A stretch of DNA of 58,323 nucleotides. Source: Halanaerobiales bacterium (lineage in GTDB: Bacteria > Bacillota > Halanaerobiia > Halanaerobiales > M55B127). This document shows positions 9,537 through 19,011 of this stretch, one piece after another. Position numbers and translations under genes: made by a program. The notes beneath the pieces are model-generated. The model was not told the DNA's origin, made no database searches, and saw nothing but the letters and a program-made list of their open reading frames with translations. How positions within the stretch are numbered: position 1 is the stretch's first letter; every line of letters begins with the position of its first letter. The stretch spans positions 1-58,323 of the forward strand of contig JAWOEZ010000004.1 in NCBI GenBank assembly GCA_046482435.1, read 5' to 3'.

Positions 9537-10522
9537 AAAAACAAGGAAGAGGAATGGCATCAATAATGTTCGGATTTGGATATGGTGAGGGCTTTCCTGA
9601 TCATTCCATCGCTGAAGTTGAAATCACTAAAAATAAGACAATTAAAGTAAGAACTGCTGGAGCAGATTTGGGCCAGGGTTTTCTAACAACTATGATCCAG
9701 ATTGCGGCGGAAGTATTAAAGATCGATCCTTCCTATATAGAGATAGTTGGCCAGGATACCCATCAAGCTAAAAATTCTGGTTCTACTTCTGCTACAAGAC
9801 AGACCTTCTTTTCCGGTAATGCCGTAAGAGAAGCAGCAGAGGAAGTTATGGGAAAGATTTATCATTATGGCAGCCTCTATTTCAACAGTAACCATCCTGA
9901 ACTTACAGTGAAAGATGGTCAAATATATGCCTGTGATGAATGTGAAAAAATAACTTATTGGGACCTAGTAGAAATTGTTGAGCAGAGGGGTAAAGAACTG
10001 AAAGCGGAAGCAACTTTTTTCCCAAAAACTTATGCACCCGATAGAAAGACGGGGCAGGGTGAAAAAATATATGTAGCCTATACTTTCATGTCTCAAATTA
10101 TGGATATTGAAGTAGATACTGATACCGGCTTGATCGAGGTAATGAACGTCTATACTGCACTCGATGTAGGCAAAGCCATCAATCCTCAAAATGTACACGG
10201 CCAGATTGAGGGAGGAACTGTTCAGGGATTAGGTATGGCTTTAATGGAAGAACAGGTTATTGATAAAGGAATAACTGTTAATGCAGATATGACTAACTAT
10301 TTAGTTCCCAGTATTAAAGATATTCCTAAATTTGAAAGTACTTTAATTGAAAATAAGGATTCTGGTGGTCCCTTTGGTTCCAAGGGTGTAGGTGAACCAA
10401 CGATAATTGCAGCAAGTCCTGCTGTATCTAATGCAGTATACGATGCAATCGGAGTAAGATTCAAGAGCCTTCCAATAACACCAGAAAAAATATTGAATGC
10501 ACTTGAGGAGCAGAAGGGGTAA
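9533..10522 (+). CDS. Second Mo-hydroxylase molybdopterin subunit, medium C-terminal half (NdhM-like)
   Basis: MKKQGRG N-terminus, ADLGQG, STSATRQT, GQIEGG, GPFGSKGVGE. ATGA overlap with the large half and its own SD. Confidence 0.88.
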   Translation: MKKQGRGMASIMFGFGYGEGFPDHSIAEVEITKNKTIKVRTAGADLGQGFLTTMIQIAAEVLKIDPSYIEIVGQDTHQAKNSGSTSATRQTFFSGNAVREAAEEVMGKIYHYGSLYFNSNHPELTVKDGQIYACDECEKITYWDLVEIVEQRGKELKAEATFFPKTYAPDRKTGQGEKIYVAYTFMSQIMDIEVDTDTGLIEVMNVYTALDVGKAINPQNVHGQIEGGTVQGLGMALMEEQVIDKGITVNADMTNYLVPSIKDIPKFESTLIENKDSGGPFGSKGVGEPTIIAASPAVSNAVYDAIGVRFKSLPITPEKILNALEEQKG

Positions 10523-11097
10523 TGCCCAACAATATTGTAATTACTGGTGATAAATATGTCGGTAAAAGTACGGTGGTAAGAGAGATTATTAATAAATTGA
10601 ATTTAAAACCAGGAGGTTTTGTGGTAGGTAGAAACGGTGACTTCGACCAGTGGCTAAGTTTTTACCTTGCCGATCCTCTTGAATATTATGAGAAGCAGGT
10701 TAAAAATGTTCCTGGCTTTGAAGAGAAATGGCAGATTTTTGCGAAAAGAGATAGCTTAGATACTGAGTGGAATATTCGGCCAGAAGTCTTTAACAATTTA
10801 GGTGTTAAACTTTTAGAAGAGGGACAAAGAACCAAAGATATAGTGGTAATGGATGAACTAGGGCGATTTGAACTTAACGCAAAAGAATTCCAACAAAAGG
10901 TTTTTGAAATACTTGATAAGCAAAAACCCGTGTTAGCTGTTTTAAAAGACGAAGACAATAAGTTTTTAGATCAAGTCAGAAGCAGGGATGATGTCAGTAT
11001 TTATAGAATTAAGAAGGATAACCATGATACTATTTATAATAAAATAGATGAAGAACTACAGCAAATTATTAATAATAAAAACACAAATGAGGAGTGA
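10522..11097 (+). CDS. THEP1/NTPase_1-family nucleoside triphosphatase
   Basis: Walker A ITGDKYVGKST and Walker B VVMDELGRFE. Confidence 0.8.
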   Translation: MPNNIVITGDKYVGKSTVVREIINKLNLKPGGFVVGRNGDFDQWLSFYLADPLEYYEKQVKNVPGFEEKWQIFAKRDSLDTEWNIRPEVFNNLGVKLLEEGQRTKDIVVMDELGRFELNAKEFQQKVFEILDKQKPVLAVLKDEDNKFLDQVRSRDDVSIYRIKKDNHDTIYNKIDEELQQIINNKNTNEE

Positions 11098-11102
11098 GTT
11101 TA

Positions 11103-12191
11103 ATGGCTAATTTGGAAGTAGAATTTTCAGGCCTTAAGTTAGACAATCCCATAATGCCAGCAGCTGGGCCACCAGTAAAAGATTATACAGCTGCCAAGAG
11201 AGCCAAAGCAGGTGGAGCAGGAGCTCTCGTAACTAAGACTATTTCAACCACTGCAGCCAAAGTTCCGCGCCCAAACATGGCGAGAATAAAAAGTGGTTTC
11301 TTAAATTCAGAACTGTGGGCAGAGCAAACCCCAGAACACTGGTTGAATGAAGAATATCCAAAGATTGAAGAGTTAGGGTTACCTGTTATTGCAGGAATCG
11401 GCTATACAAAAGATCAGATTAGAGAACTGGCTAAAAAGGTAGAAAAATATGCTGATGCTTTAGAATTATCAACTCATTATTTGGGAGAAGATACAACCCC
11501 GATGGAAGAAAGTATAAAAGCAGCTAAAGATGAAGTTGAGATACCAGTTTATGTAAAATTGAGTCCAGGAATTGATATTCCAGAATTTGCTCAGGCAGCA
11601 GAGAAAGCTGGAGCAGACGGGATAGTTCTTATCAATTCATTTGGGCCGACCTTAGATATTGACCCTGAAACCGGTAAACCGCTGATGGGTAGTGAAAACG
11701 GTTTTGGTTGGCTTTCGGGTGAAGCAATCTTTCCCTTAGCCTTAAGGGCAGTATATCAAGCAGCTAATAGTGTTGATATCCCAGTTATCGGGGTAGGTGG
11801 TCTAGATAGTGGTCTAAAAGCAGCTAAGATGTTTATGGCTGGAGCCTCTGCTGTACAGGTTTGTACTGAGGCAATTGTCAACGGCCCCCGTGTATACGGA
11901 AAGATAGCAAATGAGCTAAACAAGTTTTTAGATGAAAATGGTTATAAAAGTGTGAATGATATTAAAGGATTAACCGCCAAAGTTGTTAGTGAAGAGGCAA
12001 AATATGAAACTGTTGTACCGACTGTAATCGAAGAAAACTGTACAACCTGTGGTCTCTGTATAACAAGTTGTGTATACGATGCAATTACATTAAATGAAAG
12101 TAAAGATTATATTGTTATTGACCCAGAAAAATGTGCAGGTTGTGGATTATGTATAACCAGGTGTAACTTTGGAGCATTAAAATTAGAATAA
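11103..12191 (+). CDS. Dihydroorotate/dihydropyrimidine dehydrogenase (PreA-like) FMN protein with a C-terminal 2x[4Fe-4S] domain
   Basis: NPIMPAAGP, LVTKT, PVYVKLSP, GWLSG, IGVGG, CTTCGLCITSC and CAGCGLCITRC. The ORF track starts at GTG 11094, but ATG 11103 has the SD. Confidence 0.8.
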   Translation: MANLEVEFSGLKLDNPIMPAAGPPVKDYTAAKRAKAGGAGALVTKTISTTAAKVPRPNMARIKSGFLNSELWAEQTPEHWLNEEYPKIEELGLPVIAGIGYTKDQIRELAKKVEKYADALELSTHYLGEDTTPMEESIKAAKDEVEIPVYVKLSPGIDIPEFAQAAEKAGADGIVLINSFGPTLDIDPETGKPLMGSENGFGWLSGEAIFPLALRAVYQAANSVDIPVIGVGGLDSGLKAAKMFMAGASAVQVCTEAIVNGPRVYGKIANELNKFLDENGYKSVNDIKGLTAKVVSEEAKYETVVPTVIEENCTTCGLCITSCVYDAITLNESKDYIVIDPEKCAGCGLCITRCNFGALKLE

Positions 12192-12235
12192 ATTATTTAT
12201 ATAATTACAGAGTATCTAGGAGGGGAGGTTCTTAG

Positions 12236-13951
12236 ATGAATAGAAAAAGATTATTAAAAATGTCAAAAGGCGAAATACCTGCGGAATTAGTTTTAAAACA
12301 CGGTAGAATCGTTGATGTATTTAATGAAAGATTAATTAAAAAAGATATTGCTATTGCTGATGGTAAGATAATAGGGATTGGTCGTTATAATGGTGCTAAA
12401 GAAATAGATTTTGAAGAAAATATTATAGCACCGGGGTTTATAGATGGGCACATGCATCTGGAAAGTGCTATGGTCAAAATTGATGAATTCGCGGCCTGGA
12501 TCGTACCCAGGGGTACTACTACTATCTTTGCAGATCCTCATGAGATTGCTAATGTGGCAGGTATTGAAGGAATAAAATATTTCCTGGATCGCGGGAACAA
12601 ACTTCCTTGGAACTTTAATTTAATGCTTCCCTCCTGTGTCCCTGCTACTGTTAATGAAACTTCAGGTGCTAAGTTAACAGCGGAAAAATTAGCCCGGTTA
12701 AAAGATGAGGAAGGAATTTTTGGACTGGGTGAAGTTATGGATTTCGTGGGAGTAATGAATGGGGATAGGGAACTCTGGGATAAAATAGAGATGATCGGGG
12801 ATAAATTTATTGATGGACATGCACCTGGTGTTAGTGGTAAAAAGTTAAATGCCTACTTGTTGGGTGGGATTATGGCTGATCATGAATGTACTACTCCAAA
12901 AGAGGCTAAAGAAAAGGTTACAAAAGGTATGTATGTGATGATCAGGGAAGGTTCAGTCACCAGGGACCTGGTTAATTTACTACCAGCAGTTAATAATAGT
13001 AACCTTTCTAGTTTTCTTTTAGCAACAGATGATAGGGATCCAGAAGATCTTTATGAAAACGGTCATATTAATTTTGTGATTAAAAAAGCTATTGAAAATG
13101 GTGTTTCTCCCTTACGAGCTATTAAACTAGCGACCATAAATTCAGCTGATGCTTTAGGATTAAAAAATGTTGGAGCAATTGCTCCCGGTTATAAGGCTGA
13201 TCTTGTAATACTGGATAATTTAAAAGATTTCAATATAGAAAAAGTATTTAAGGATGGGCAATTAGTAGCTGAAAACGAAAGTTTAATTGTGAATTTACCG
13301 AAAATAAAAGAAGGAAAATCTAAAAAAATATTTAATTCTGTAAATATTGGTGAGTTTAAAAAAGACAACTTTGAATTACCTGATTATAAAAAATATCGGA
13401 TAATAAAGTTGAGAAAAGACCAAATAGTAACCGGAAAAGATGAAATTAGTTTTAAAACGAAAGTTAGAATAGATGATTTGGTTGCAAATAATCTAGTAAA
13501 AATAGCAGTAGTGGAAAGGCATAAAAAAACCGGTAATGTAGGTTTGGGGCTTTTAAAAGGTTTTGGTTTAAGAAAAGGAGCTATAGCTATTTCAATCGGC
13601 CATGACTCCCATAATATTATTGTCGTTGGTTTGAATTCAGAAGACATGTATAAGGCAGTCAAAGAAATAGAAAAACTAAAGGGTGGAATAACAGTCGTGA
13701 AGAATGGAGAACTGATAGATTTTCTCCCCTTAGAAATTGCTGGTCTAATGTCTAAAGATTCAATACCCGAAGTTGCAAAGAGGCTAAAAAAGATGAAAGG
13801 AAAAGTATATTCAATGGGAGTTACCAGACAGAGTCCATTTATGACTTTATCTTTTATGACTTTACCGGTAATTCCTTCTTTGAAGATAACTGATCAAGGT
13901 TTGTTTGATGTTGATAAAAATAAATTTGTTTCTCTTGGAGTAGGAGATTAA
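12236..13951 (+). CDS. ade: Adenine deaminase
   Basis: PGFIDGHMHLES, DPHEIANV, GLGEVM, DGHAP, DHEC, IREGS, HDSHN, TLPVIPSLKITDQG. Confidence 0.93.
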   Translation: MNRKRLLKMSKGEIPAELVLKHGRIVDVFNERLIKKDIAIADGKIIGIGRYNGAKEIDFEENIIAPGFIDGHMHLESAMVKIDEFAAWIVPRGTTTIFADPHEIANVAGIEGIKYFLDRGNKLPWNFNLMLPSCVPATVNETSGAKLTAEKLARLKDEEGIFGLGEVMDFVGVMNGDRELWDKIEMIGDKFIDGHAPGVSGKKLNAYLLGGIMADHECTTPKEAKEKVTKGMYVMIREGSVTRDLVNLLPAVNNSNLSSFLLATDDRDPEDLYENGHINFVIKKAIENGVSPLRAIKLATINSADALGLKNVGAIAPGYKADLVILDNLKDFNIEKVFKDGQLVAENESLIVNLPKIKEGKSKKIFNSVNIGEFKKDNFELPDYKKYRIIKLRKDQIVTGKDEISFKTKVRIDDLVANNLVKIAVVERHKKTGNVGLGLLKGFGLRKGAIAISIGHDSHNIIVVGLNSEDMYKAVKEIEKLKGGITVVKNGELIDFLPLEIAGLMSKDSIPEVAKRLKKMKGKVYSMGVTRQSPFMTLSFMTLPVIPSLKITDQGLFDVDKNKFVSLGVGD

Positions 13952-14039
13952 GCAATGAGGAGGTGTTAAAGAGGGATATTTTTGATGAGTTATGTTGTGT
14001 TGTGATAGTAATTGAACTTAACAAACATAAGGAGGGAAT

Positions 14040-15368
14040 TTGATGAACGGAAAGAATAATGAAGGTATTCTGGAAAGTGTGTTCGATCTTCAAGAAAATA
14101 ATACTAATCTAAAAACTGAGGTTATTGCTGGTTTTACAACATTTATGACTATGGCTTATATAATATTCGTAAACCCATCAATCCTTAGTGATGCGGGAAT
14201 GCCTTTTAACGGAGTATTTATTGCGACAATTGCTGGTATTATCTTAGGTACTTTAGCTATGGCTTTTCTTACTAATTATCCTTTTGCTCTAGCGTCAGGT
14301 ATGGGACTAAATGCCTTCTTTGCTTACTCAGTTGTTATCGGGATGGAAGTTCCCTGGCAGACTGCTTTGGGTATCATATTCTTAGAAGGTGTAATATTTA
14401 TTGTACTGAGCCTCACGCCGGTCCGAAAGAAAATAGTTAATGCAATCCCGATGGGCCTTAAAACAGGAATAAGTGCTGGTATCGGATTATTCATTGCCTT
14501 TATAGGTTTACAAAACGCGGGTATTGTTGTTGCTGATGAAGCTACTTTGGTAGCTCTAGGTGATGTGATGTCAGGACCTGGACTAGTTGCAATTGTAGGT
14601 TTAATTGTTACTGGAATATTATATGCTCTTAAAATTAAAGGTGCTCTCTTATGGGGGATATTAATTGCCACAGCCTTTGGCTGGACAAATGGAGTTACTC
14701 CAGAATTTAATGGTTTTTTTGCAATGCCCAGAATGGGAGATTGGAATGAGGTGTTATTCCAATTAGATATAGTTTCTGCTTTTAAGTTAAGTATGATAGG
14801 AGTCCTGCTTTCATTCCTATTTGTTGATTTATTCGATACTGCCGGGACATTAGTTGGTGTAAGTCAACAGGCTGGATATTTAGATGAAGACGGAAACTTA
14901 CCAAAAGCAAGTAATGCATTGCTTGCTGATGCTGTTGGTACTACAGGAGGTGCCTTGTTTGGGACCAGTACTGTTACCACTTATATTGAGTCTGCCTCTG
15001 GTGTGGCTGAAGGTGGTAGAACAGGTCTAACAGGTGTAGTTGTTGCAATTCTCTTCTTTTTATCTCTGTTCTTTAGGCCATTAATTGGGCTTGTACCGGG
15101 TGCAGCAACAGCTCCTGCTTTGATAATCGTAGGTACAATGATGATGTCTAATGTAACTAAGTTGGACTGGGATGACTTCACTGAAATCCTACCAGCCTTT
15201 ATTACTATGATAGCGATGCCTCTAACATATTCTATTTCAAATGGTATTGCCCTAGGTTTTGTTATTTATCCATTAGTAAAACTTTTTACAGGTAAAGGCG
15301 AAGATGTTCATTGGTTAGTATATATATTAGGTGCAGTCTTCTTAGCATATTTCTTATGGTTGGTATAA
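14040..15368 (+). CDS. NCS2 family AzgA/PbuG-type purine permease
   Basis: TEVIAGFTTFMTMAYIIFVNP, GMGLNAFF, DLFDTAGT, TTYIESASG, GGRTGL. Confidence 0.92.
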   Translation: MMNGKNNEGILESVFDLQENNTNLKTEVIAGFTTFMTMAYIIFVNPSILSDAGMPFNGVFIATIAGIILGTLAMAFLTNYPFALASGMGLNAFFAYSVVIGMEVPWQTALGIIFLEGVIFIVLSLTPVRKKIVNAIPMGLKTGISAGIGLFIAFIGLQNAGIVVADEATLVALGDVMSGPGLVAIVGLIVTGILYALKIKGALLWGILIATAFGWTNGVTPEFNGFFAMPRMGDWNEVLFQLDIVSAFKLSMIGVLLSFLFVDLFDTAGTLVGVSQQAGYLDEDGNLPKASNALLADAVGTTGGALFGTSTVTTYIESASGVAEGGRTGLTGVVVAILFFLSLFFRPLIGLVPGAATAPALIIVGTMMMSNVTKLDWDDFTEILPAFITMIAMPLTYSISNGIALGFVIYPLVKLFTGKGEDVHWLVYILGAVFLAYFLWLV

Positions 15369-15436
15369 AACACTACTTATATTAATATAATATAGAGGGG
15401 ACGTTTCTGAACAAAGGATGACTAATTAATAAATAA

Positions 15437-15460
15437 AAGGGGAGGGTTCCCTCCCCTTCT
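15437..15460. terminator. Hairpin / probable intrinsic terminator after the purine operon
   Basis: AAGGGGAGG-GTTC-CCTCCCCTT stem. The U-tract on the + strand is weak. Confidence 0.5.
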
Positions 15461-15477
15461 ATCAATGAGGTGATGAT

Positions 15478-16080
15478 ATGTATACGGCAATAATACTTGC
15501 AGCTGGAGAAGCTGACAGGATGGGAAAATTAAAGCAGCTACTGCCCTGGAAAGGTAAGACAATATTAGAAACTGTAATTGATAATGTGAGGCAGAGCAGA
15601 CGTATAGATGATGAGATTAGGGTGGTCTTAGGTGCTGAAGCGGAAAGAGTAAAAGAAAAAATAGAGTATTATGAAGATGAACGCTTGAGGATCAAAGAAA
15701 ATCCTGATTATAAAGATGGGATGAGTACGAGTTTGAAGAAAGGAATAGAAGATTTAGCAAAAAACACAAAATATTTAGTAATTTTTTTGGGAGATCAACC
15801 ATTGATAACACCTGATATTTTTGATATGATTATAGATGAATTTGAGAAGAAGTCCTCAGAGATAATGTTACCGAGCTATAATGACAAGCCTGGTCATCCC
15901 GTAATAATAAGTACTAGATTTTTACCTGAAATACGTAAATTGGAAGGTGCTATGGGTTTAAAACCATTTTTAGATGACCACGAAGGATTAGTTGACCATT
16001 ATCCTATTAATGATAAAAAGGTTATTATCGATCTTGACTATTATGATGATTACCAGTACTATAAAAATAAGTACGATTAG
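15478..16080 (+). CDS. mocA: Molybdenum cofactor cytidylyltransferase (MocA/MobA-like NTP transferase)
   Basis: IILAAGEADRMGKLKQLL, GMSTSL, LGDQP, GHPV, DLD. Adjacent to Mo-hydroxylases of a family that uses the MCD cofactor. Confidence 0.85.
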   Translation: MYTAIILAAGEADRMGKLKQLLPWKGKTILETVIDNVRQSRRIDDEIRVVLGAEAERVKEKIEYYEDERLRIKENPDYKDGMSTSLKKGIEDLAKNTKYLVIFLGDQPLITPDIFDMIIDEFEKKSSEIMLPSYNDKPGHPVIISTRFLPEIRKLEGAMGLKPFLDDHEGLVDHYPINDKKVIIDLDYYDDYQYYKNKYD

Positions 16081-16091
16081 GATGATTATAG

Positions 16092-16448
16092 ATGAAATTG
16101 AATTATAAGCTTTGGTTGGAAGAAGAAAATAATAAATTATTTGGTGATGGTCCTGCTGATATCTTGAGACTTGTAGATAAACTGGGCTCTTTAAGTAAAG
16201 CTGCGGCTGAGATTAATATGTCTTACAGTCAGGCCTGGCAGCTTATTGACAAATTAGAGAATAAATTAGGTTTCAAATTATTAGAAAAACAAGTTGGGGG
16301 TTCCGAGGGTGGCGGTTCTACATTAACAAAAAAAGGACGTTTGTTGATGGATACTTTTCTAAACTTTCGGAGTGAAGCCAGGCGTGAAATGTCTAAATTA
16401 GAAACAAAATATTTTGATGATAATTTTAAAAATAAGCTAAAAAAATAA
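16092..16448 (+). CDS. modE: ModE-family winged-HTH regulator (DNA-binding domain only)
   Basis: FGDGPADIL, GSLSKAAAEINMSYSQAW, GGSEGGGSTLT. 118 aa, with no molybdate-binding TOBE domains. Confidence 0.85.
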   Translation: MKLNYKLWLEEENNKLFGDGPADILRLVDKLGSLSKAAAEINMSYSQAWQLIDKLENKLGFKLLEKQVGGSEGGGSTLTKKGRLLMDTFLNFRSEARREMSKLETKYFDDNFKNKLKK

Positions 16449-16460
16449 TTTTTTTGTTGA

Positions 16461-16484
16461 CGTTATATGAGGTTACAAATAACG
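16461..16484 (+). promoter_or_regulatory. ModE-box-like operator
   Basis: CGTTATAT-N8-AAATAACG, 1 mismatch from a perfect inverted repeat. It overlaps TTGACG (16457-16462) and lies 21 nt before the SBP start. Confidence 0.7.
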
Positions 16485-16505
16485 GGATAAACAAGGAGGA
16501 ATAAA

Positions 16506-17510
16506 ATGAGTCTTTCCACTAAAAAAACAACTATATTTTTGGTATTAATCTTAGTATTTAGTTTAGCAATTTCCTCTTCAGCTTTTGCCGGAGAAATTGT
16601 TACTGATATGGCCGATAGAGAGGTAGAAGTACCTGAGGAAGTTAATAGGATTGTTACAACATACAGATCAGCAACGCAATTCATATTTTGCCTGGGAGTA
16701 CAGGATAGATTAGTAGCTTCAGATTTAAGTTTTGAGAAAGTTTCACTTTTCCGAAAATTATACGATGGAGAAAAACTACCAAATGTTGGTTCGAAAAATC
16801 GCGGGATTAATATAGAACAAATTTTAGAGGTTGATCCTGATTTAGTGATCCTATTTCCACACAATGTTGGCCCGGAAGTTGCCAAAAAGCTTAAAGATTA
16901 TGACATAGCTTCTGTGATAATCAATCCTGAAAGCTATCAGCAAATAAAAGAAACAACCAAAATATTGGGTAAAGCTATTGGGGTTGAAGAGCGAGCTCAA
17001 AAAGTAATCAACCAATATGAGCAAATAATTGATATTGTGGATAGCAGAGATATAGAAGACAAGAAAAAAGTATATTTTGCTAACTCTGAACTGTTAGACA
17101 CAGTTGGTGAAGATATGTTACAGACCAGCATGATAGAGTTGGCGGGTGGAATTAATCCTGCTAAAGAAGCTAAGTCTGGTTTTATAAAAACTTCTTTGGA
17201 AGAATTATTGAAATGGAATCCTGACCACATTGTAGTTTCACAATATTACAGTGGTTCTGTTGAAGAGTTATTAAACAGATCAGAATTACAGGAACTAAAG
17301 GCTGTAAAAAACGAAAATGTATACAGATTTCCCTCCCAGGTTGAACCGTGGGATTTCCCAAGTCCATCTTCATATTTGGGAATTGTCTGGTTGGCTGAAA
17401 AAATATATCCAGAAAAATATGAGGATATTGATGTTAATAAAGTAGTTGAAGAGTATTACGAAGCTCTATATGATAAAAGCTATGAAGATTTAGGCGGGGG
17501 TTCGCTATAA
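16506..17510 (+). CDS. Class III (FepB/BtuF/MolA-like) ABC substrate-binding protein
   Basis: Signal peptide ending AFA, then TDMADREVEVP..VNRIV, NIEQILEVDPDLVI, AGGIN, LKAVKNENVY, WDFPSP. Confidence 0.85.
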   Translation: MSLSTKKTTIFLVLILVFSLAISSSAFAGEIVTDMADREVEVPEEVNRIVTTYRSATQFIFCLGVQDRLVASDLSFEKVSLFRKLYDGEKLPNVGSKNRGINIEQILEVDPDLVILFPHNVGPEVAKKLKDYDIASVIINPESYQQIKETTKILGKAIGVEERAQKVINQYEQIIDIVDSRDIEDKKKVYFANSELLDTVGEDMLQTSMIELAGGINPAKEAKSGFIKTSLEELLKWNPDHIVVSQYYSGSVEELLNRSELQELKAVKNENVYRFPSQVEPWDFPSPSSYLGIVWLAEKIYPEKYEDIDVNKVVEEYYEALYDKSYEDLGGGSL

Positions 17511-17535
17511 TATAAATAAATTGAAGGTGAAATAG

Positions 17536-18303
17536 ATGTTAGAAGTAAGAGATTTAGGTTTTTCTTATGATAATACTGATGCCATCAATAATATAAATTT
17601 CAGAGTTCAGAAGCAGGAGTTTTCCTGCTTACTGGGCGCTAATGGTTCTGGCAAAACAACCATATTAAAGTGTCTGAATGGAGTTTTGCAAAAAGATAAA
17701 GGGGAAATTAGAATTGATGGTACTGATTTAGATAATCTAAATCAAAGACAGATTGCTAAATTTATTAGTATGGTACCTCAGGAGCATTCTGTAGTATTTT
17801 CTTATCAAGTACTTGATGTTGTTACAATGGGGGTAACACCATATTTAGGTTTTGGTAAAATGCCTAATAGTGATGATTTTGATAAGGCAATCTCTATTTT
17901 GGAAAAACTGGATATTGAGTATTTAGTTAATAGACAATACAATAAACTGAGTGGTGGTGAGAAGCAGTTAGTTTTAATTGCCCGGGCCTTGATGCAGGAT
18001 ACCGGATATTTGATTATGGATGAGCCAACTTCTCATTTAGACTTTAAGAATAAAAATCTTTTGATGAGAGAAATAAAAAAGGTAACTCAAAATAGTAATA
18101 CAGGAGTTATCATGGCTCTACATGATCCCAATTTAGCCATGCAGTACTGTGATAGAGTAATCATAGTTAAAGACGGTAATATCATGGCTGATGGGGATAC
18201 AAAGCAGATCATGACGGGATCTAATCTCGGTCAAGCATATGATATTGATATAAAAATTAATGAAAAAGCAAGAGGAATTGAGATAGCCCTTCCCGAAATA
18301 TAA
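17536..18303 (+). CDS. FepC/FecE-like ABC transporter ATPase
   Basis: GANGSGKTT, LSGGEKQ, MDEPTSHLD, ALHDPNLA. Confidence 0.9.
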   Translation: MLEVRDLGFSYDNTDAINNINFRVQKQEFSCLLGANGSGKTTILKCLNGVLQKDKGEIRIDGTDLDNLNQRQIAKFISMVPQEHSVVFSYQVLDVVTMGVTPYLGFGKMPNSDDFDKAISILEKLDIEYLVNRQYNKLSGGEKQLVLIARALMQDTGYLIMDEPTSHLDFKNKNLLMREIKKVTQNSNTGVIMALHDPNLAMQYCDRVIIVKDGNIMADGDTKQIMTGSNLGQAYDIDIKINEKARGIEIALPEI

Positions 18304-18330
18304 TATTAATGGGAAGGGAGTTTTTTTATT

Positions 18331-19011
18331 TTGAGTTACAGAAATACTATTATCTCTGGATTTAAAAAATCAATACCGGTCATAATGGGGTATATACCAA
18401 TTGGAATTAGCTTTGGAATTTTAGCTCTAAATACTGACTTATCCCCCTATTTAATTATAGGGATGTCGGTATTTGTATTTGCGGGGTCCTCACAGTTAAT
18501 AGTTGTTAACATGTTAACAACTCAGGCAGCTATAATACCTATAATTATGACAACATTTCTAGTGAATTTAAGACATATCTTGATGAGTGCTTCCTTAAGC
18601 CTTCATTTCAAAAAAACTCCTCAAAAGTTGCTTCCTTTGATTGGTTTTCTAATAACTGATGAATCCTTTGCACTGGGTAATACCCTTTTAGAGGAAAAAG
18701 AGAATAAAGGTTTGTTCTTTCTGTCAATGGGACTTAGTGCTTATTTGGGCTGGGTTATTAGTACTATAATTGGTGTTGTGATAGGAAGATATGTTTTAAA
18801 TTTTGAAATTCCTGTAATCGATTTTGTGTTACCTGCCATGTTTATAATATTGCTTATTATGCAGATTAACGATAAAATAGATCTGGTAGTTTCAATTACG
18901 GCTGCTATTTTGTCTATTGTTTTCTTTTATATATTCCCCGGGAATTGGCATATAATAATTGCCACACTTAGTGCAGCAGTAATAGGGGTGATAATAGAAA
19001 ATGGAACTTAA
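18331..19011 (+). CDS. azlC: AzlC family membrane protein
   Basis: PVIMGYIPIGISFG, FAGSSQ, VNLRHILM, TDESF. Confidence 0.88.
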   Translation: MSYRNTIISGFKKSIPVIMGYIPIGISFGILALNTDLSPYLIIGMSVFVFAGSSQLIVVNMLTTQAAIIPIIMTTFLVNLRHILMSASLSLHFKKTPQKLLPLIGFLITDESFALGNTLLEEKENKGLFFLSMGLSAYLGWVISTIIGVVIGRYVLNFEIPVIDFVLPAMFIILLIMQINDKIDLVVSITAAILSIVFFYIFPGNWHIIIATLSAAVIGVIIENGT

